Below are positions 63,719 through 64,000 of a stretch of 64,000 nt of DNA, one piece after another (within the stretch, counting starts at the first letter, position 1; every line of letters begins with the position of its first letter). Source of the stretch: a virus (Duplodnaviria; Heunggongvirae; Uroviricota; Caudoviricetes). Location of the stretch: the IMG/VR virus record IMGVR_UViG_3300014208_000030, positions 40,076-104,075 of that record. The stretch is one strand, 5' to 3'. The position numbers and the translations under genes were made by a program. The notes beneath the pieces are model-generated. The model saw only the letters and a list, made by a program, of their open reading frames with translations, was not told where the DNA came from and ran no database searches.

Positions 63719-63758
63719 AAATCTCTAAATCTCTAAATCTCAAAATCTCAAAATCTCA
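63719..63758 (+). repeat. Five tandem AAATCTCW octamers
   Basis: AAATCTCT x2 then AAATCTCA x3. Confidence 0.9.
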
Positions 63759-63777
63759 AATTTCCCGCGAATATCCC

Positions 63778-63988
63778 TAAGTATTTGATTTTAGGAACAA
63801 TCTAGCAAAAGTCCAGCAAAATCAAATACTTAGCCACAATCTGGCAAAATCCTTTTAAAATCAATAGCTTAGGCTCAGCGCAACAAAGGCCTATATAAAT
63901 CAGCTACTTATACGCAAGGCGCAACTATCCCTATAAAATCAATAACTTAGAAGCAAGGCACAAAAATGCCTTGAGAATCAATAGGTTA
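63778..63988. repeat. 39-bp-phased array of IHF-consensus sites
   Basis: WATCAANNNNTTR at 63820, 63859, 63898 (1 mismatch), 63937 and 63976, plus an inverted copy at 63778-63790; may continue past the window edge. Confidence 0.8.
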
Positions 63989-64000
63989 TAGCTATCCCTA

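Noticed and set aside
63778-64000. CRISPR mini-array interpretation of the 39-bp periodic repeats
   Set aside because: The repeats are only about 13-16 bp with a variable 4-nt centre, the spacers are 23 bp and share sub-motifs, one copy is inverted, and there are no cas genes. The IHF consensus explains them better.
1-64000. tRNA genes
   Set aside because: No cloverleaf with TTCRA/T-loop and CCA features was recognised in the intergenic gaps. tRNAscan was not run.

Overview
This window is a fragment of a large T4-like (T4-superfamily) myophage genome, probably from an uncultured phage of a Gram-negative proteobacterium. The host is inferred from sigma70-type promoters, IHF-consensus sites, and RlpA and lipoprotein genes. 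It has four blocks. (1) 1-23 kb, minus strand: nucleotide metabolism and replication (nrdA/nrdB with an inverted homing endonuclease, thyX, an AEP-like primase, gp41, uvsX, mazG, gp33, gp43, regA, gp62, gp44, gp45), followed by rlpA, DUF932, a DNA methylase, a GH19 endolysin and small ORFs. (2) 23-38 kb, plus strand: late head/tail cluster (gp16, intein-containing gp17, gp18, gp19, gp20, two gp67-like fusions, gp21, gp22, gp23) driven by TATAAATA promoters, with two antisense Hef-like endonucleases. (3) 38-49 kb: small minus-strand genes, one orphan virion gene, a frameshifted GIY-YIG gene, a non-coding hairpin-rich region and an IS607-type element (decayed tnpA, intact tnpB). (4) 49-64 kb, plus strand: early/accessory genes (gp47, gp46, dsbA, DUF262, ArdA-like, AAA ATPase, an interrupted methylase), ending in an exactly phased 39-bp array of IHF-consensus sites. 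The most unusual signals are a tandem Phd/YefM-like module on the portal C-terminus, a late-promoter-driven candidate structured RNA beside GNA mini-hairpins, the IHF array, a dispersed TTCTTA-W8-TAAGAA palindrome, promoters straddled by inverted repeats, one beta-module shared by sheath and capsid, and a duplicated nrdA N-terminus. No searches or folding programs were run: family calls come from motif recognition and synteny. No tRNA or CRISPR array was recognised.
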